Origin: an uncultured virus (IMG/VR IMGVR_UViG_2660238271_000001)
Taxonomy: Duplodnaviria; Heunggongvirae; Uroviricota; Caudoviricetes
Length of the DNA: 64,000 bases
Reading direction: 5' to 3' (one strand)
IMG/VR virus record: IMGVR_UViG_2660238271_000001
In this document: one piece after another, positions 23,590-34,631 of the stretch
Layout: each line of letters opens with the position of its first letter
How positions within the stretch are numbered: position 1 is the first letter of the stretch
Notes under the pieces: model-generated
Database searches by the model: none
What the model saw: only the letters and a program-made list of their open reading frames with translations
Told to the model about the DNA's origin: nothing
Position numbers and translations under genes: made by a program

Positions 23590-25093
23590 TCTACCGCACA
23601 TAATAAGCCAGGCCACCAATGCCCCGCTGTTACTTGAACCCGCCTACGCGCGGGTTTTCTTTTGCGCGTTAGGCCGGGAATCCGGTATTGGCAGCCTGCA
23701 AATTCCCCAGGATCAGGAACGCCTTGATCAGGCGGGTATGGAGCTTGTTACCGGGAGTTATATGTCTGGCGACAAGCCGCGGGCGCGGTTTTATCAGGTG
23801 GTAAATGGCATTGCCATGCTGCCTGTCTCAGGAACACTCGTTCATAAGCTTGGCGGCATGCGACCATTTTCCGGAATGACCGGCTATGACGGCATTACCG
23901 CCCGCCTGCAGCAGGCGATGGACGACCCGGACGTTAAAGGGGTTTTGCTGGATATCGACAGTCCGGGTGGTCAGGCCGCAGGGGCATTTGACTGTGCCGA
24001 CATGATTTACCGGCTGGGTGAACAAAAACCCGTCTGGGCGCTGGCAAATGACCTGTCCTGTTCGGCGGCGATGCTGCTGGCCTCAGCCTGCCAGCGCAGA
24101 CTGGTGACGCAGACATCCAGAATAGGTTCAATTGGCGTGGTGATGGCGCATACCAGCTATGCCGGAAAACTCGAGCAGGAAGGCATCGATATCACCCTGA
24201 TTTACTCAGGGAGCCACAAGGTCGATCTGAACGGGACGCGCGAACTGCCGGAAAGCATACGCGCGGATTACCAGCAAAAGATGGATGACGCGAGGCTGAT
24301 GTTTGCCGAAAAGGTTGCACAGTACACGGGGTTGTCAGTCGATGCGGTAATGGCGACCGAGGCGGCGACATACGATGGTCGGGCGGGCATTGATGCCGGG
24401 CTGGCTGATGAAATGGTAAACGCTGCAGATGCCGTTACGGTAATGGCCGCAGCACTGAAGAGTAACCCAGGAGAACGTAATATGCCTGAATTAACAGCAA
24501 AAGAAGCGGCAGCGCAGGAAAATCAGCGCGTGATGGGGATTATAGGCTGCCCGGAGGCAAAGGGGCGTGAACAACTGGCGCAGATGCTGGCCAGCCAGCC
24601 GGGTATGAGTGTGACGCAGGCGCAGGCCATTCTGGCGGCGGCAGCGCCACAACAGGAAGTTGTCAGTGAGGCGGATCGCATTATGGCGCTGGAAGAGGCT
24701 GATGGCAGGGGGACGCTGGCTGCCGCGCTGGCCGCTATGCCGGATATGACAGCGGAACGGGCTAAAACCATTCTCGCCGCGTCGCCGCGCTCAAATGCGA
24801 CATCACTCAGCGACAGTATTCTGACGCTGGATGAGGCTAAGGGGTGTGAGGAGCTGGCCGGGAAACTGGCAACCACGCCAGGAATGACCGTTGAGCAGGC
24901 GCGTGAACTACTGGCGGCAGCGCCGGATACATCGGGTTCTGGCGGGCTGAGCATGAACAACGCTTTTGATCAGTTTATGCAATCGCAGTCCCCGCTCGCC
25001 GTATCTGGTGGAGGTGGTCAGGGGGATGATGCAGAGATGCAGTTAATGATGGGTATTCCGGGTACTGTAGCCGCAGAAAAAGGAGGCAAATAA
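23579..25093 (+). CDS. S49 capsid protease gpC with nested scaffold (Nu3; internal ATG 24482)
   Basis: DIDSPGG, CSAA, GSIGV motifs; GGAGA RBS before the internal Met. Confidence 0.92.
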
Positions 25094-25440
25094 TGACCTT
25101 TAAAACGATAACGCAACAGCGCGATGAAAAGCGTATTTTTGCCGGGAATGATACCGCGCATACTGCCACGGGCAGTAACGGGATTGCGACCGCTACTCCA
25201 GCGCTGACACCGCTGATGCTGGAAGCCGCAACAGGAAAACTGGTTGCCTGGGACGGGCAAAGTGCGGGTACAGCAGTGGGTGTGCTGGTTCTGCCGCTGG
25301 AGGGTACGGAAAGCCAGTTAACGTACTGGAAAAGTGGCACGTTTGCCACTGAGGCGCTGTTGTGGCCGGAAAATGTGGACGCCGTTAAAAAAGCGAACGC
25401 TTTTGTAGGCAGCGCCATCAGTCATGCCGCATTACCGTAA
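25093..25440 (+). CDS. Head decoration protein gpD
   Basis: TPLML...KLVAWDG...YWKSGTFA. Confidence 0.9.
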   Translation: MTFKTITQQRDEKRIFAGNDTAHTATGSNGIATATPALTPLMLEAATGKLVAWDGQSAGTAVGVLVLPLEGTESQLTYWKSGTFATEALLWPENVDAVKKANAFVGSAISHAALP

Positions 25441-25515
25441 TATCAGGCCGCACANNNNNNNNNNNNGGCCGCACAGCGGCCTGTTCTGTTTTTACAGTTC
25501 AAAGGAATATTATTC

Positions 25516-26544
25516 ATGAATTTGTTTACCACTCGTCAGTTGCTTGGATATACCGAGCAGAAGGTCAAGTTTAACGCGCTTTTCCTGAATTTGTTTTTCC
25601 GTCGCACCATGACCTTTAAAACTCAGGAAGTGATGCTGGATAAAATCAAAGGGAAAACGCCGATCGCCGCCTATGTCTCTCCTGTTGTGGGTGGGGTGGT
25701 GTTACATAACCGTGGCGGTGAAACCCGCGTTATTCGCCCGGGCTATGTAAAGCCCAAACACGAGGTCACTTACGACCAGGTTGTAGAGCGTTTACCGGGA
25801 GAAGATCCGGCAAAACTCAACGACCAGGCGTATCGCCGCCTGCGTATCCTGACGGATAACCTCAAGCAGGAGGAGCACGCCATTGTTCAGGTTGAGGAAA
25901 TGCAGGCCGTTAATGCCGTGCTGTACGGCAAGTACACGATGGAGGGTGAGCAGTTCGACACAGTGGAGGTGGATTTCGGGCGCTCAGCGGCCAACAACAT
26001 TGTTCAGGCTGCAGGTAAAAAATGGTCAGAGCAGGACCGCGATAACTTCGACCCGACATATGACATTGACCTGTACTGCGATCAGGCATCCGGCCTGATT
26101 AATATCGCCGTGATGGATGGAAAGGTCTGGCGTCAACTGAACAGCTTTAAGATGTTCCGTGAAAAACTGGATACCCGCCGTGGATCAGCGTCCGAGATGG
26201 AGACCGCCGTAAAAGACCTGGGGGCTGTCGTGTCCTTTAAGGGATATTACGGCGATCTGGCTATTCTTGTTTGCAAAACCTCGTACGTTGATAAGGACGG
26301 TACCGAAAAACGCTATCTGCCGGAAGGGACAATGGTCCTGGGGAATACCGCGTCGGAAGGTATTCGTTGCTACGGCGCCATTCAGGATCAGCAGGCACTG
26401 GCGGAAGGGATTGTGGAAGCGGTTCGTTATCCGAAGCACTGGATCACTGTTGGCGATCCGGCTAATGAGTACACCATGACGCAGTCCTCTCCGTTGATGG
26501 TTCTGCCAGATCCGGATGAGTTTGTGGTAGTTCAGGTAGGTTGA
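25516..26544 (+). CDS. Major capsid protein gpE
   Basis: PGYVKPKHEV; TMTQSSPLMVLPDPDEFV. Confidence 0.95.
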   Translation: MNLFTTRQLLGYTEQKVKFNALFLNLFFRRTMTFKTQEVMLDKIKGKTPIAAYVSPVVGGVVLHNRGGETRVIRPGYVKPKHEVTYDQVVERLPGEDPAKLNDQAYRRLRILTDNLKQEEHAIVQVEEMQAVNAVLYGKYTMEGEQFDTVEVDFGRSAANNIVQAAGKKWSEQDRDNFDPTYDIDLYCDQASGLINIAVMDGKVWRQLNSFKMFREKLDTRRGSASEMETAVKDLGAVVSFKGYYGDLAILVCKTSYVDKDGTEKRYLPEGTMVLGNTASEGIRCYGAIQDQQALAEGIVEAVRYPKHWITVGDPANEYTMTQSSPLMVLPDPDEFVVVQVG

Positions 26545-26558
26545 GAAAATCGACAAAA

Positions 26559-26579
26559 TGGCCCGTAAGGGCCTTTTTT
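26559..26579 (+). terminator. Intrinsic terminator after the capsid gene
   Basis: GGCCC-gtaa-GGGCC TTTTTT. Confidence 0.7.
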
Positions 26580-26607
26580 GTGTCATGAAATCAGAAGGAT
26601 GACCGAA

Positions 26608-26982
26608 ATGGAAACAAAAGAAGAGAATGTAGCCCGCCTGCAGGTACTCGCCGTACAACTCGGACGGGAAGCGGATATTTCCGGCAGCGCCGCCGAAATC
26701 AGACAACGTGTCGCTGAGTGGGAGGAAGAGGCGGGCGGTATGTCGGATAAAGAAGATGATGAAACGACGGCTGAAGTCTCACGGGACGAGCCGGAATCTG
26801 CAAAAAGTAATACTTATTTTTCGGAATTTGTCCTTATCAGGGCGGTCCGCACTCTTCATATTGATGCGCTGGCAGCGGACAGCGATCGGGTTCTGGATAC
26901 TGTTCCGGCGGGGGATTCGGCGCGTATTCCGGCGATATATGTTGATGAGCTCGCGGGAGACGGACTGATTGTTGCGTTATGA
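26608..26982 (+). CDS. DNA-packaging protein gpFI
   Basis: TKEENVARL..LGREADISGSAAEI.QRVAEWEEE. Confidence 0.85.
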   Translation: METKEENVARLQVLAVQLGREADISGSAAEIRQRVAEWEEEAGGMSDKEDDETTAEVSRDEPESAKSNTYFSEFVLIRAVRTLHIDALAADSDRVLDTVPAGDSARIPAIYVDELAGDGLIVAL

Positions 26983-26992
26983 GGGCCGCGGT

Positions 26993-27349
26993 ATGTCGCA
27001 GACAGACAATCTTTTTGATACTGCCATGTCCGTAGCCGATGACGCCATTATCAGTGTCATGGGAACTACGGCAACCATCACGTCGGGCGTACTGGCGGGT
27101 GCCTCACTGACCGGGGTTTTTGATGATCCGGAAAGCGTTTCATATGCTGCAGGCGGCGTCAGAATTGAGGGGATAAGCCCGTCAATTTTCGTGAAATCGT
27201 CAGCCGTGCATCAACTGAAGCGAGCTGACACCCTGGAAATTGGTGGACAGAATTACTGGGTGGACAGAATGGGGCCGGAAGAGAGCAGTGGAAGCCGGGT
27301 TATCTGGCTGGGAACGGGAGACCCTCCGGCAGATACCCGGCGACGGTAA
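26993..27349 (+). CDS. Head-tail joining protein gpFII
   Basis: DNLFDTAM..GVFDDPE. Confidence 0.85.
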   Translation: MSQTDNLFDTAMSVADDAIISVMGTTATITSGVLAGASLTGVFDDPESVSYAAGGVRIEGISPSIFVKSSAVHQLKRADTLEIGGQNYWVDRMGPEESSGSRVIWLGTGDPPADTRRR

Positions 27350-27358
27350 GGGGGAAGC

Positions 27359-27958
27359 ATGTCACTTAAAGGGCTGGAAAATGCTGTACAGAATCTGAGC
27401 AGTATTGACAGGCAGATGATACCGAAAGCATCTGCTATGACGATAAACCGACTGGCGCAGAAGGCCATCTCTTTTGCCACGCATAAAGTTGCAAAAGAAA
27501 CGGTCGCCGGTGATAACCACCGACAGGGCATTCCTTTCCGGCTGGTTAAACAGCGCGTCAGATTATGGAAAGCTTCCCCCCGCTTTGATGTGGGAAAACA
27601 GTATGCCCGCATCCGTATCAACCGGGGCAATCTGCCCGCCATTAAACTCGGTACAGCGCAGGTCAGGCTGACGCGCCGCAAAGGACAGTTACTGCGCGGG
27701 GGTAGCGTGCTGAAGATTGGGCCGTACCTGTTCCGTGATGCTTTTATCCAGCAACTGGCAAACGGGCGCTGGCATGTGATGAAGCGCATCGAAGGTAAGA
27801 AGCGCTATCCCATTGACGTAGTGAAGGTCCCGCTGGCGGCGGCACTGACACAAAGCTTTGAAGAGGCTAAAAATCGCATCATTGCGGAAGAGTTTTCCAA
27901 AGAACTCGCTTCATCGCTGAAACAGCAACTCCGGCTGTACCTGACCAGGAGACTTTGA
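27359..27958 (+). CDS. Minor tail protein gpZ
   Basis: INRGNLPAIKLG; RYPIDVVKVP. Confidence 0.9.
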   Translation: MSLKGLENAVQNLSSIDRQMIPKASAMTINRLAQKAISFATHKVAKETVAGDNHRQGIPFRLVKQRVRLWKASPRFDVGKQYARIRINRGNLPAIKLGTAQVRLTRRKGQLLRGGSVLKIGPYLFRDAFIQQLANGRWHVMKRIEGKKRYPIDVVKVPLAAALTQSFEEAKNRIIAEEFSKELASSLKQQLRLYLTRRL

Positions 27959-28359
27959 TGAACAAACATACAGCCATTCGTAACGCCATTCTTGACCGCC
28001 TGTCCGAAACGTCAGGTGAAGGCGTAACGCTGTTTGATGGTCTGCCCGCCGTTATCACGCCGGAAGATTTACCCGCTTTGGTGGTCTGGCTGACAGACGC
28101 GCAGTACACGGGAGAAGAGCTTGATGAAGACAACTGGAAAGCACATCTGCACGTTGCGGCGTTCCTGAAAGCAGAAAGTCCTGACCGTGAGCTGGATGAC
28201 TGGATGGAAGGGAAAATCTATCCGGCTCTCAGCGATGTTCAACAACTGGCTTCTCTTATCGATACCATGACGCCGACCGGATATGACTGGCAGCGTGATG
28301 GTGACATGGCTCTTTGGGCTATGACGGAAATAACATATCAAATCACCTACACCATGTAA
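27955..28359 (+). CDS. Tail terminator gpU
   Basis: KHTAIRNAIL...ELDDWME.KIYPAL. Confidence 0.9.
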   Translation: MMNKHTAIRNAILDRLSETSGEGVTLFDGLPAVITPEDLPALVVWLTDAQYTGEELDEDNWKAHLHVAAFLKAESPDRELDDWMEGKIYPALSDVQQLASLIDTMTPTGYDWQRDGDMALWAMTEITYQITYTM

Positions 28360-28371
28360 GGAGAATGTATT

Positions 28372-29124
28372 ATGACAGCACCTGACCCGCTGAAAAAAGT
28401 GAAAGGAGCCGGTACAACGTTATGGCTGTATACCGGTAACGGAGATGCATATGCGAACCCGCTGAACGATAACGACTGGCTGCGCCTGGCAAAGGTCAAA
28501 GATCTGCAGCCCGGTGAGATGACCGCTGACGCCGAAGATGATAACTACCTGGATGATGAAGATGCCGACTGGAAAACCACCGCGCAGGGGCAAAAAAGCG
28601 CCGGGGACACCAGTATCACGCTGGCGTGGAAGCCGGGAGAGTCCGGGCAGAAAAAACTGATAGACCTGTTTGATAGCGGCGATGTGGAATCATGGCGCAT
28701 TAAGTACCCGAACGGAACCGTGGATGTTTTTAAAGGCTGGATCAGTTCGCTGGGTAAGACCGTTCAGTCCAAAGAGGCTATCACCCGCACAGTGAAAATC
28801 ACAGGCGTCGGGCGCCCACATATGGCAGAGGAAGACACCGCACCTCCGGTAGCGGTATCTGGTCTGGTCGTGGCGCCACAGGCAACAAACGTGAGCGTCG
28901 GCGCGACGGTTGATTTGACGTTTACGGTAAAACCGGACAATGCCACAGATAAAATGCTGCGCATCGCCACCTCAGATCCGACGATTGCCACGGTTACTCA
29001 GGCTGATAACGTTGCAACAGTGAAAGGCGTTAAGGTCGGAGCTGCAAAAATTATTGGCATGGCCTCAGACGGTAACTTTACCGCCATTGCGGATATCACC
29101 GTTCAGGCCGCCGCTCAGGCGTAA
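28372..29124 (+). CDS. Major tail tube protein gpV with Ig-like domain
   Basis: KGAGTTLWLYTG; C-terminal Ig-like segment. Confidence 0.92.
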   Translation: MTAPDPLKKVKGAGTTLWLYTGNGDAYANPLNDNDWLRLAKVKDLQPGEMTADAEDDNYLDDEDADWKTTAQGQKSAGDTSITLAWKPGESGQKKLIDLFDSGDVESWRIKYPNGTVDVFKGWISSLGKTVQSKEAITRTVKITGVGRPHMAEEDTAPPVAVSGLVVAPQATNVSVGATVDLTFTVKPDNATDKMLRIATSDPTIATVTQADNVATVKGVKVGAAKIIGMASDGNFTAIADITVQAAAQA

Positions 29125-29169
29125 CCCCCTCCTTTNCGCCTGTCGGGGCATCTTCTGCAGGAATACATC

Positions 29170-29559
29170 ATGTTTTTGAAGAAAGACACGCTTACTTATG
29201 GTGATGCATCAGTAGATCTGTACGAACTTTCAGGACTGCAACGCGTCGAGTATCTGGAATACATACAGCAACGCACCGCGCAATATGACCGGGAGACGGA
29301 GGAATCAACAGAAGCAGAACGCAGGGTCGCGTTTTTGCGAATGGGGATTGATATTAATGCCTGGCTGGTATCCCGCTCATTACAGAATGGCGATCAGACG
29401 CGGGATACAGGGAAAACCAGCGATAATATCGCCGCCCTTTGGTCGTATGAGGCGTTGGGAAAAGGGGCCGATATGGTGCTGTCCCTGAGCGGAATGACTC
29501 CCCCTGATTCTGACAGTGAAGAAGAAGGTGCGGAGGCTGATTCGCCGGAAAAGTCCTGA
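29170..29559 (+). CDS. Tail assembly chaperone gpG
   Basis: MFLK..LYELSGLQRVEYL. Confidence 0.88.
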   Translation: MFLKKDTLTYGDASVDLYELSGLQRVEYLEYIQQRTAQYDRETEESTEAERRVAFLRMGIDINAWLVSRSLQNGDQTRDTGKTSDNIAALWSYEALGKGADMVLSLSGMTPPDSDSEEEGAEADSPEKS

Positions 29560-29882
29560 AGGCTGAAATTCTTTTTGCCATGCAGCTTGCGCGGGAGTTT
29601 GGCAGGGGGGACTGGCGCCGGATGCTGTCAGAGCTGAGCGCAACAGAGCTGGGGGAATGGTCGGCACATTTCCGGCAGTACAGCTTCAGTGATGCGCATC
29701 TGGACGCAGAATTCGCCACCCTGAAATCGCTGGTGGCCGGGCTGGTGACAGGAAAGCCTCACGATGCAACGGATTTCAGCCTGATGCCGGACCCGGAACC
29801 GGCATTTGAAAAAAATGATGACGACATGATGTTTGCGGGCGAAGGCATTTTTGGGGGAGTACGTTATGGACCAGGTGGCTAA
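29547..29882 (+). CDS. gpT portion of the G-T -1 frameshift product (slippery G GAA AAG at 29547-29553)
   Basis: The -1 frame from 29547 is open and in frame with LAREFGRGDWRRML. Confidence 0.8.
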   Translation, partial: GKVLKAEILFAMQLAREFGRGDWRRMLSELSATELGEWSAHFRQYSFSDAHLDAEFATLKSLVAGLVTGKPHDATDFSLMPDPEPAFEKNDDDMMFAGEGIFGGVRYGPGG

Positions 29883-32800
29883 CCTTGTCTTTGATCTGGG
29901 AATGGATTCGCAGAAATTCCGTGATGAAATGCCACGGGTGGTAAAAATTCTGCAGAATGCTTCCGGTGAGTCCGCGAGAGCTGAAGCGCGACTAAAACGT
30001 TTTATTGAGAGTCAGAATAAAGCCAGCCAGGAGGCGACAGCCGGGGCTGAAGTGGCTGTATCGGCTGAAGGTCGCCAGCGTCAGGCAGTAGCGCTCACTG
30101 CGCAGTCATATGCGCAGATGTCGCAGCGCGTGGATTTGACTCAGCGACATATCGCGGCCCTGAATCAGAAGTTGCAGGAAGAGGCGGCTAAGGCGGCTGN
30201 NNNNNNNGCGGTCGCACAGGCTCAGGATGCAGCCGCAGCGGCATTTTACCGTCAGATTGACAGTGTAAAACAGTTAAGCGGTGGTCTGCAGGAGTTACAG
30301 CGTATCCAGGCGCAGGTACGACAGGCGAAAGGACGCGGAGATATTTCACAGGGCGATTATCTGGCGCTGGTGTCTGAAGCTGCTGCAAAGACACGCGAAC
30401 TTACCGATGCGGAGGCGCTGGCCACGCAGAAAAAAGCACAGTTTATACGTCGACTGAAAGAGCAGACGGCGGTACAGGGCCTCTCCCGTACTGAGTTGCT
30501 GCGGGTGAAGGCGGCTGAACTGGGGGTTAGCAGTGCCGCCGATGTCTATATCCGCAAACTGGATACCGCAACAAAATCCACTCATGCACTGGGACTGAAA
30601 TCAGCAATGGCGCGCCGCGAGATAGGCGTACTGATTGGTGAACTGGCACGGGGAAATTTTGGCGCCCTTCGCGGTTCCGGTATCACGCTGGCCAACCGGG
30701 CCGGGTGGATTGAGCAACTGATGTCGCCGAAGGGCATGATGCTCGGCGGGCTGGTTGGCGGTGTGGCTGCGGCGGTTTACGGACTGGGTAAGGCGTACTA
30801 TGAGGGGGCGAAAGAAAGTGAGGAGTTCAATAAACAGCTTATTCTGACCGGAAGTTACGCCGGAAAAACCACAGGCAAGCTTAATGAAATGGCGAAGTCG
30901 CTCGCCGGAAATGGCGTCACGCAGCACGACGCTGCAGGAGTACTGACCCAGGTGGTCGGTAGCGGAGCGTTTACCGGGCAGGCAGTGGCAATGGTATCCC
31001 GTACCGCGGCCAGAATGCAGGAAAACGTGGGGCAGTCAGTGGATGAAACCATCCGCCAGTTTAAACGGCTGCAGGATGATCCGGTGAACGCGGCGAAAGA
31101 ACTGGACAGGGCACTGCATTTTCTGACTGCCACCCAGCTTGAACAAATCAGGGTGCTCGGTGAACAGGGAAGAACGGCTGATGCTGCGAAAATTGCCATG
31201 TCCGCGTATTCGGAAGAGATGAATAAACGGGCGGGTGACGTACATGATAATCTGGGCTGGATCGAGAAGGCATGGAATGCCGTGGGTGATGCGGCGAAGT
31301 GGGCGTGGGATCGGATGCTGGATATCGGGCGGGAAGATACGCTCGATGAAAAAATCGCGACACTGCAGGAAAAAATCGCGCGCGCCAGAAAAACGCCATG
31401 GACAGTGTCTTCCTCCCAGACTGAATATGATCAGCAGCAACTGAACGAACTTCAGGAACAGAAACGCCAGAAGGACCTGCTGGATGCGAAGGCGCAGGCA
31501 GAGCGTAATTATCAGAAGACTCAGAAGCGCCGGAACGAGCAGAACGCCGCGCTGAACCGGGATAATGAAACTGAATCCCTGCGGCATCAACGGGAGGTGG
31601 CGCGCATTACCGCCATGCAGTATGCCGATGCAGCGGTACGCAATGCCGCGCTGGAGCGTGAAAACGAACGCCATAAAAAAGCAATGGCACGGCAGAAGGA
31701 AAAGCCAAAGGCTTACCACAACGACGAGGCCGGGCGACTGCTTTTGCAGTATAGCCAGCAACAGGCGCAGACTGAAGGGCTGATTGCCGCCGCGAAGCTT
31801 TCCACGACCGAAAAAATGACGGAAGCGCATAAGCAGCTTTTGTCATTTCAGCAGCGCATCGCTGATTTGTCCGGTAAAAAACTGACGGCGGATGAACAAA
31901 GCGTACTGGCACATAAGGATGAAATAGCGCTTGCGCTACAGAAGCTGGATATCTCACAACAGGATTTGCAACACCAGAATGCCTTTAATGAACTGAAGAA
32001 AAAGACGCTCACATTAACCAGCCAGCTCGCTGACGAAGAATCCCGCGTCAGGCAGCAGCACGCACTGGCGCTGGCCACAATGGGTATGGGCGATCAGCAA
32101 CGTGGCCGGTACGAAGAGCATCTGAAAATTCAACAGCACTACCAGGAACAACTGGAGCAGCTTAAGCGCGACAGCAAGGCAAAAGGGACATACGGTTCTG
32201 ACGAATACCGTCAGGCGGAGCAGGAACTTCAGGCCAGTCTCGATCGCCGACTGGCTGAGTGGGCGGATTATAACGCGAAAGTGGATGCTGCGCAGGGAGA
32301 CTGGACGCAGGGGGCGTCGCGGGCGCTGGATAACTTTCTGGCGCAGGGGGGCAACGTGGCAGGCATGACGGAGAACGTTTTCACAAACGCATTTAACGGC
32401 ATGGCGGACAGTATCGCGAATTTTTCCGTGACCGGAAAGGGCAGTTTCCGGAGCCTGACGGTCTCCATCCTGGCTGACCTGGCAAAAATGGAGGCACGTA
32501 TTGCGGCTTCTAAACTGTTGGGTTCAGTACTGGGTATGTTCGGCTTTGGCGCATCAGCAGGCGGAAGTACACCATCCGGGGCATACAGTTCAGCGGCGCT
32601 GTCGGTCATTCCAAATGCGGACGGCGGCGTGTACCGCTCAGCAGGACTCAGTCAGTACAGCGGCAGTATTGTTAACAGACCGACGTTCTTTGCATTTGCC
32701 AGAGGGGCGGCAGTAATGGGAGAGGCCGGTCCGGAGGCTATACTGCCGCTTCGTCGCGGTACTGACGGTAAGCTGGGGGTTGTGGCAGCAGGTTCCGGAG

Positions 32801-32967
32801 GGATGGCGATGTTTGCACCGCAGTATCATATTGCAATCAGCAACACGGGGCCGGAACTGACGCCGCAGGCGCTGAAGGCGGTTTATGATCTGGGTAAAAA
32901 GGCGGCGGCTGATTTCGTGCAGCAGCAGGGGCGTGACGGCGGCAGGCTGAGCGGGGCATATCGATGA
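29866..32967 (+). CDS. Tape measure protein gpH
   Basis: ~1030-aa Ala/Gln-rich coiled coil; MGEAGPEAILPL; small gap. Confidence 0.93.
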   Translation: MDQVANLVFDLGMDSQKFRDEMPRVVKILQNASGESARAEARLKRFIESQNKASQEATAGAEVAVSAEGRQRQAVALTAQSYAQMSQRVDLTQRHIAALNQKLQEEAAKAAXXXAVAQAQDAAAAAFYRQIDSVKQLSGGLQELQRIQAQVRQAKGRGDISQGDYLALVSEAAAKTRELTDAEALATQKKAQFIRRLKEQTAVQGLSRTELLRVKAAELGVSSAADVYIRKLDTATKSTHALGLKSAMARREIGVLIGELARGNFGALRGSGITLANRAGWIEQLMSPKGMMLGGLVGGVAAAVYGLGKAYYEGAKESEEFNKQLILTGSYAGKTTGKLNEMAKSLAGNGVTQHDAAGVLTQVVGSGAFTGQAVAMVSRTAARMQENVGQSVDETIRQFKRLQDDPVNAAKELDRALHFLTATQLEQIRVLGEQGRTADAAKIAMSAYSEEMNKRAGDVHDNLGWIEKAWNAVGDAAKWAWDRMLDIGREDTLDEKIATLQEKIARARKTPWTVSSSQTEYDQQQLNELQEQKRQKDLLDAKAQAERNYQKTQKRRNEQNAALNRDNETESLRHQREVARITAMQYADAAVRNAALERENERHKKAMARQKEKPKAYHNDEAGRLLLQYSQQQAQTEGLIAAAKLSTTEKMTEAHKQLLSFQQRIADLSGKKLTADEQSVLAHKDEIALALQKLDISQQDLQHQNAFNELKKKTLTLTSQLADEESRVRQQHALALATMGMGDQQRGRYEEHLKIQQHYQEQLEQLKRDSKAKGTYGSDEYRQAEQELQASLDRRLAEWADYNAKVDAAQGDWTQGASRALDNFLAQGGNVAGMTENVFTNAFNGMADSIANFSVTGKGSFRSLTVSILADLAKMEARIAASKLLGSVLGMFGFGASAGGSTPSGAYSSAALSVIPNADGGVYRSAGLSQYSGSIVNRPTFFAFARGAAVMGEAGPEAILPLRRGTDGKLGVVAAGSGGMAMFAPQYHIAISNTGPELTPQALKAVYDLGKKAAADFVQQQGRDGGRLSGAYR

Positions 32968-33296
32968 TGAAAACCTTTCACTGGAAAGTTGACCCGGACA
33001 TGGGGGTGGATTCGGAACCACAGGTGTCGGTGGTGAGGTTCGGTGATGGCTACGAGCAGCGGCGTGCATCCGGGATCAATAATGACCTGAAAAAATACAG
33101 TGTGACTATCCGCGTTGACCGGGAGGATGGTCCGCCACTGGAGGGCTTTTTGTCACAGCATAACGGTGTGAAGGCGTTTTTGTGGACTCCGCCTTACGGA
33201 TACCGGCAGATTAAGGTTGTCTGCCGGAAATGGAGTGTGAAAGCGGGATTGCTGAAAACAACATTCACCGCGACATTTGAGCAGGTTATTTCTTAG
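32964..33296 (+). CDS. Minor tail protein gpM
   Basis: VRFGDGYEQR; AFLWTPP. Confidence 0.9.
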   Translation: MMKTFHWKVDPDMGVDSEPQVSVVRFGDGYEQRRASGINNDLKKYSVTIRVDREDGPPLEGFLSQHNGVKAFLWTPPYGYRQIKVVCRKWSVKAGLLKTTFTATFEQVIS

Positions 33297-33394
33297 TATT
33301 TTTTATCGAAACGATCGATAAATATGATTGAACTTTCTAACCTGCTGCTGTTTCACTGAGCCCGCACAGTCAATAATCAAAAAAAGGAAATGTT

Positions 33395-33919
33395 ATGAAA
33401 AAGATTGTCGTGGCGGTTTTAGTTGGTCTGGCGTTAGGTAGCATCGGCGTGGCTAACGCAGCAGGGTATAAAAATACCGTTTCAATTGGATATGCCTACA
33501 CAGATTTAAGCGGCTGGCTTTCCGGTAATGCGAACGGTGCCAACATCAAATATAACTGGGAAGATCTGGACAGTGGATTCGGGGCGATGGGTTCAGTTAC
33601 ATACACCTCGGCTGATGTTAATAACTATGGGTATAAGGTAGGTGATGCTGATTATACCTCCCTTCTTGTTGGTCCTTCATACCGTTTTAACGACTATCTG
33701 AATGCTTACGTGATGATTGGTGCAGCAAACGGACATATTAAGGATAACTGGGGAAATTCTGACAATAAAACCGCCTTTGCTTATGGGGCAGGTATTCAGC
33801 TTAACCCGGTTGAAAATATTGCCGTTAATGCGTCTTATGAGCATACAAGTTTTTCCACTGATGCTGACAGTGACGTCAAAGCTGGAACCTAGGTGCTTGG
33901 CGTAGGTTACAGCTTCTGA
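33395..33919 (+). pseudogene. Ail/Lom-family outer-membrane protein with a premature TAG at 33890
   Basis: Signal peptide, SLLVGPSYRFNDY, AYGAGIQLNP; after the TAG the frame continues VLGVGYSF*. Confidence 0.85.
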
Positions 33920-33944
33920 CCTTTAACATCGATACAGATTTAAT

Positions 33945-33968
33945 GCCCTCCAGTGAGAGGGCTTTTTT
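33945..33968. terminator. Terminator between the convergent ail and sodC1 genes
   Basis: GCCCTC-cagtga-GAGGGC TTTTTT. Confidence 0.7.
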
Positions 33969-34008
33969 ATGGGTAAAACGAAATTATGACGATATGGCTA
34001 TGTTGCTG

Positions 34009-34542
34009 TTATTTCTCAATGACACCACAGGCAAAACGTGCACCGCCACCACCCAGTGGAGCAGGTTTATCGGAGTAATTGTCACCGCCTTTATGGATCA
34101 TCAATGAGTGACCTTTCAGTTCTGACAGTGATTTAAGGCGTGGTGCCAGTAACGGATACGTGGCTGTACCATCTGCATTGACAACCAGTCCAGGCAGATC
34201 CCCCAAATGCCCTTTGTCATTATATGGGCCAAGATGTTTCCCGGTTTTTTCGGGGTCAAGATGTCCTCCGGCCATGAGCGCCGGAACCTCTTTACCGTCT
34301 TTCATTCCCGGCATACAGCTTGGGTTTGTGTGGACATGGAAGCCGTGAATTCCTGGCGTAAGACCATTTAGGTGAGGAGTGAAAAGCAGACCGTAAGGTG
34401 TCTCTGAAACTGTGATTTCACCTATGTTTTCTCCTGTTCCGCTGGACAGGGCATCGTTCATCTTTACAGTCAGGGTATTCTCTGCCATTGCTGAACAACT
34501 GATGAGCGCACCAGCTACCAGCGACAATATTGTGTATTTCAT
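34009..34542 (-). CDS. sodC1: Periplasmic Cu/Zn superoxide dismutase SodCI
   Basis: [29 protein letters not shown]; Gifsy-2-like location. Confidence 0.96.
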   Translation of the reverse strand: MKYTILSLVAGALISCSAMAENTLTVKMNDALSSGTGENIGEITVSETPYGLLFTPHLNGLTPGIHGFHVHTNPSCMPGMKDGKEVPALMAGGHLDPEKTGKHLGPYNDKGHLGDLPGLVVNADGTATYPLLAPRLKSLSELKGHSLMIHKGGDNYSDKPAPLGGGGARFACGVIEK

Positions 34543-34631
34543 TAGTTACCTCGTTTTTTGGTTGTATCGTAAATACCATTAATAAAAGCATGTATATTTT
34601 TGCAAGATAAATAATAAAGGATCTCTCATAT

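Noticed and set aside
31036..31830. Long antisense ORFs in the tape measure (similarly 13573-14394, 3851-4474)
   Set aside because: Shadow frames of strongly coding genes, with no motifs
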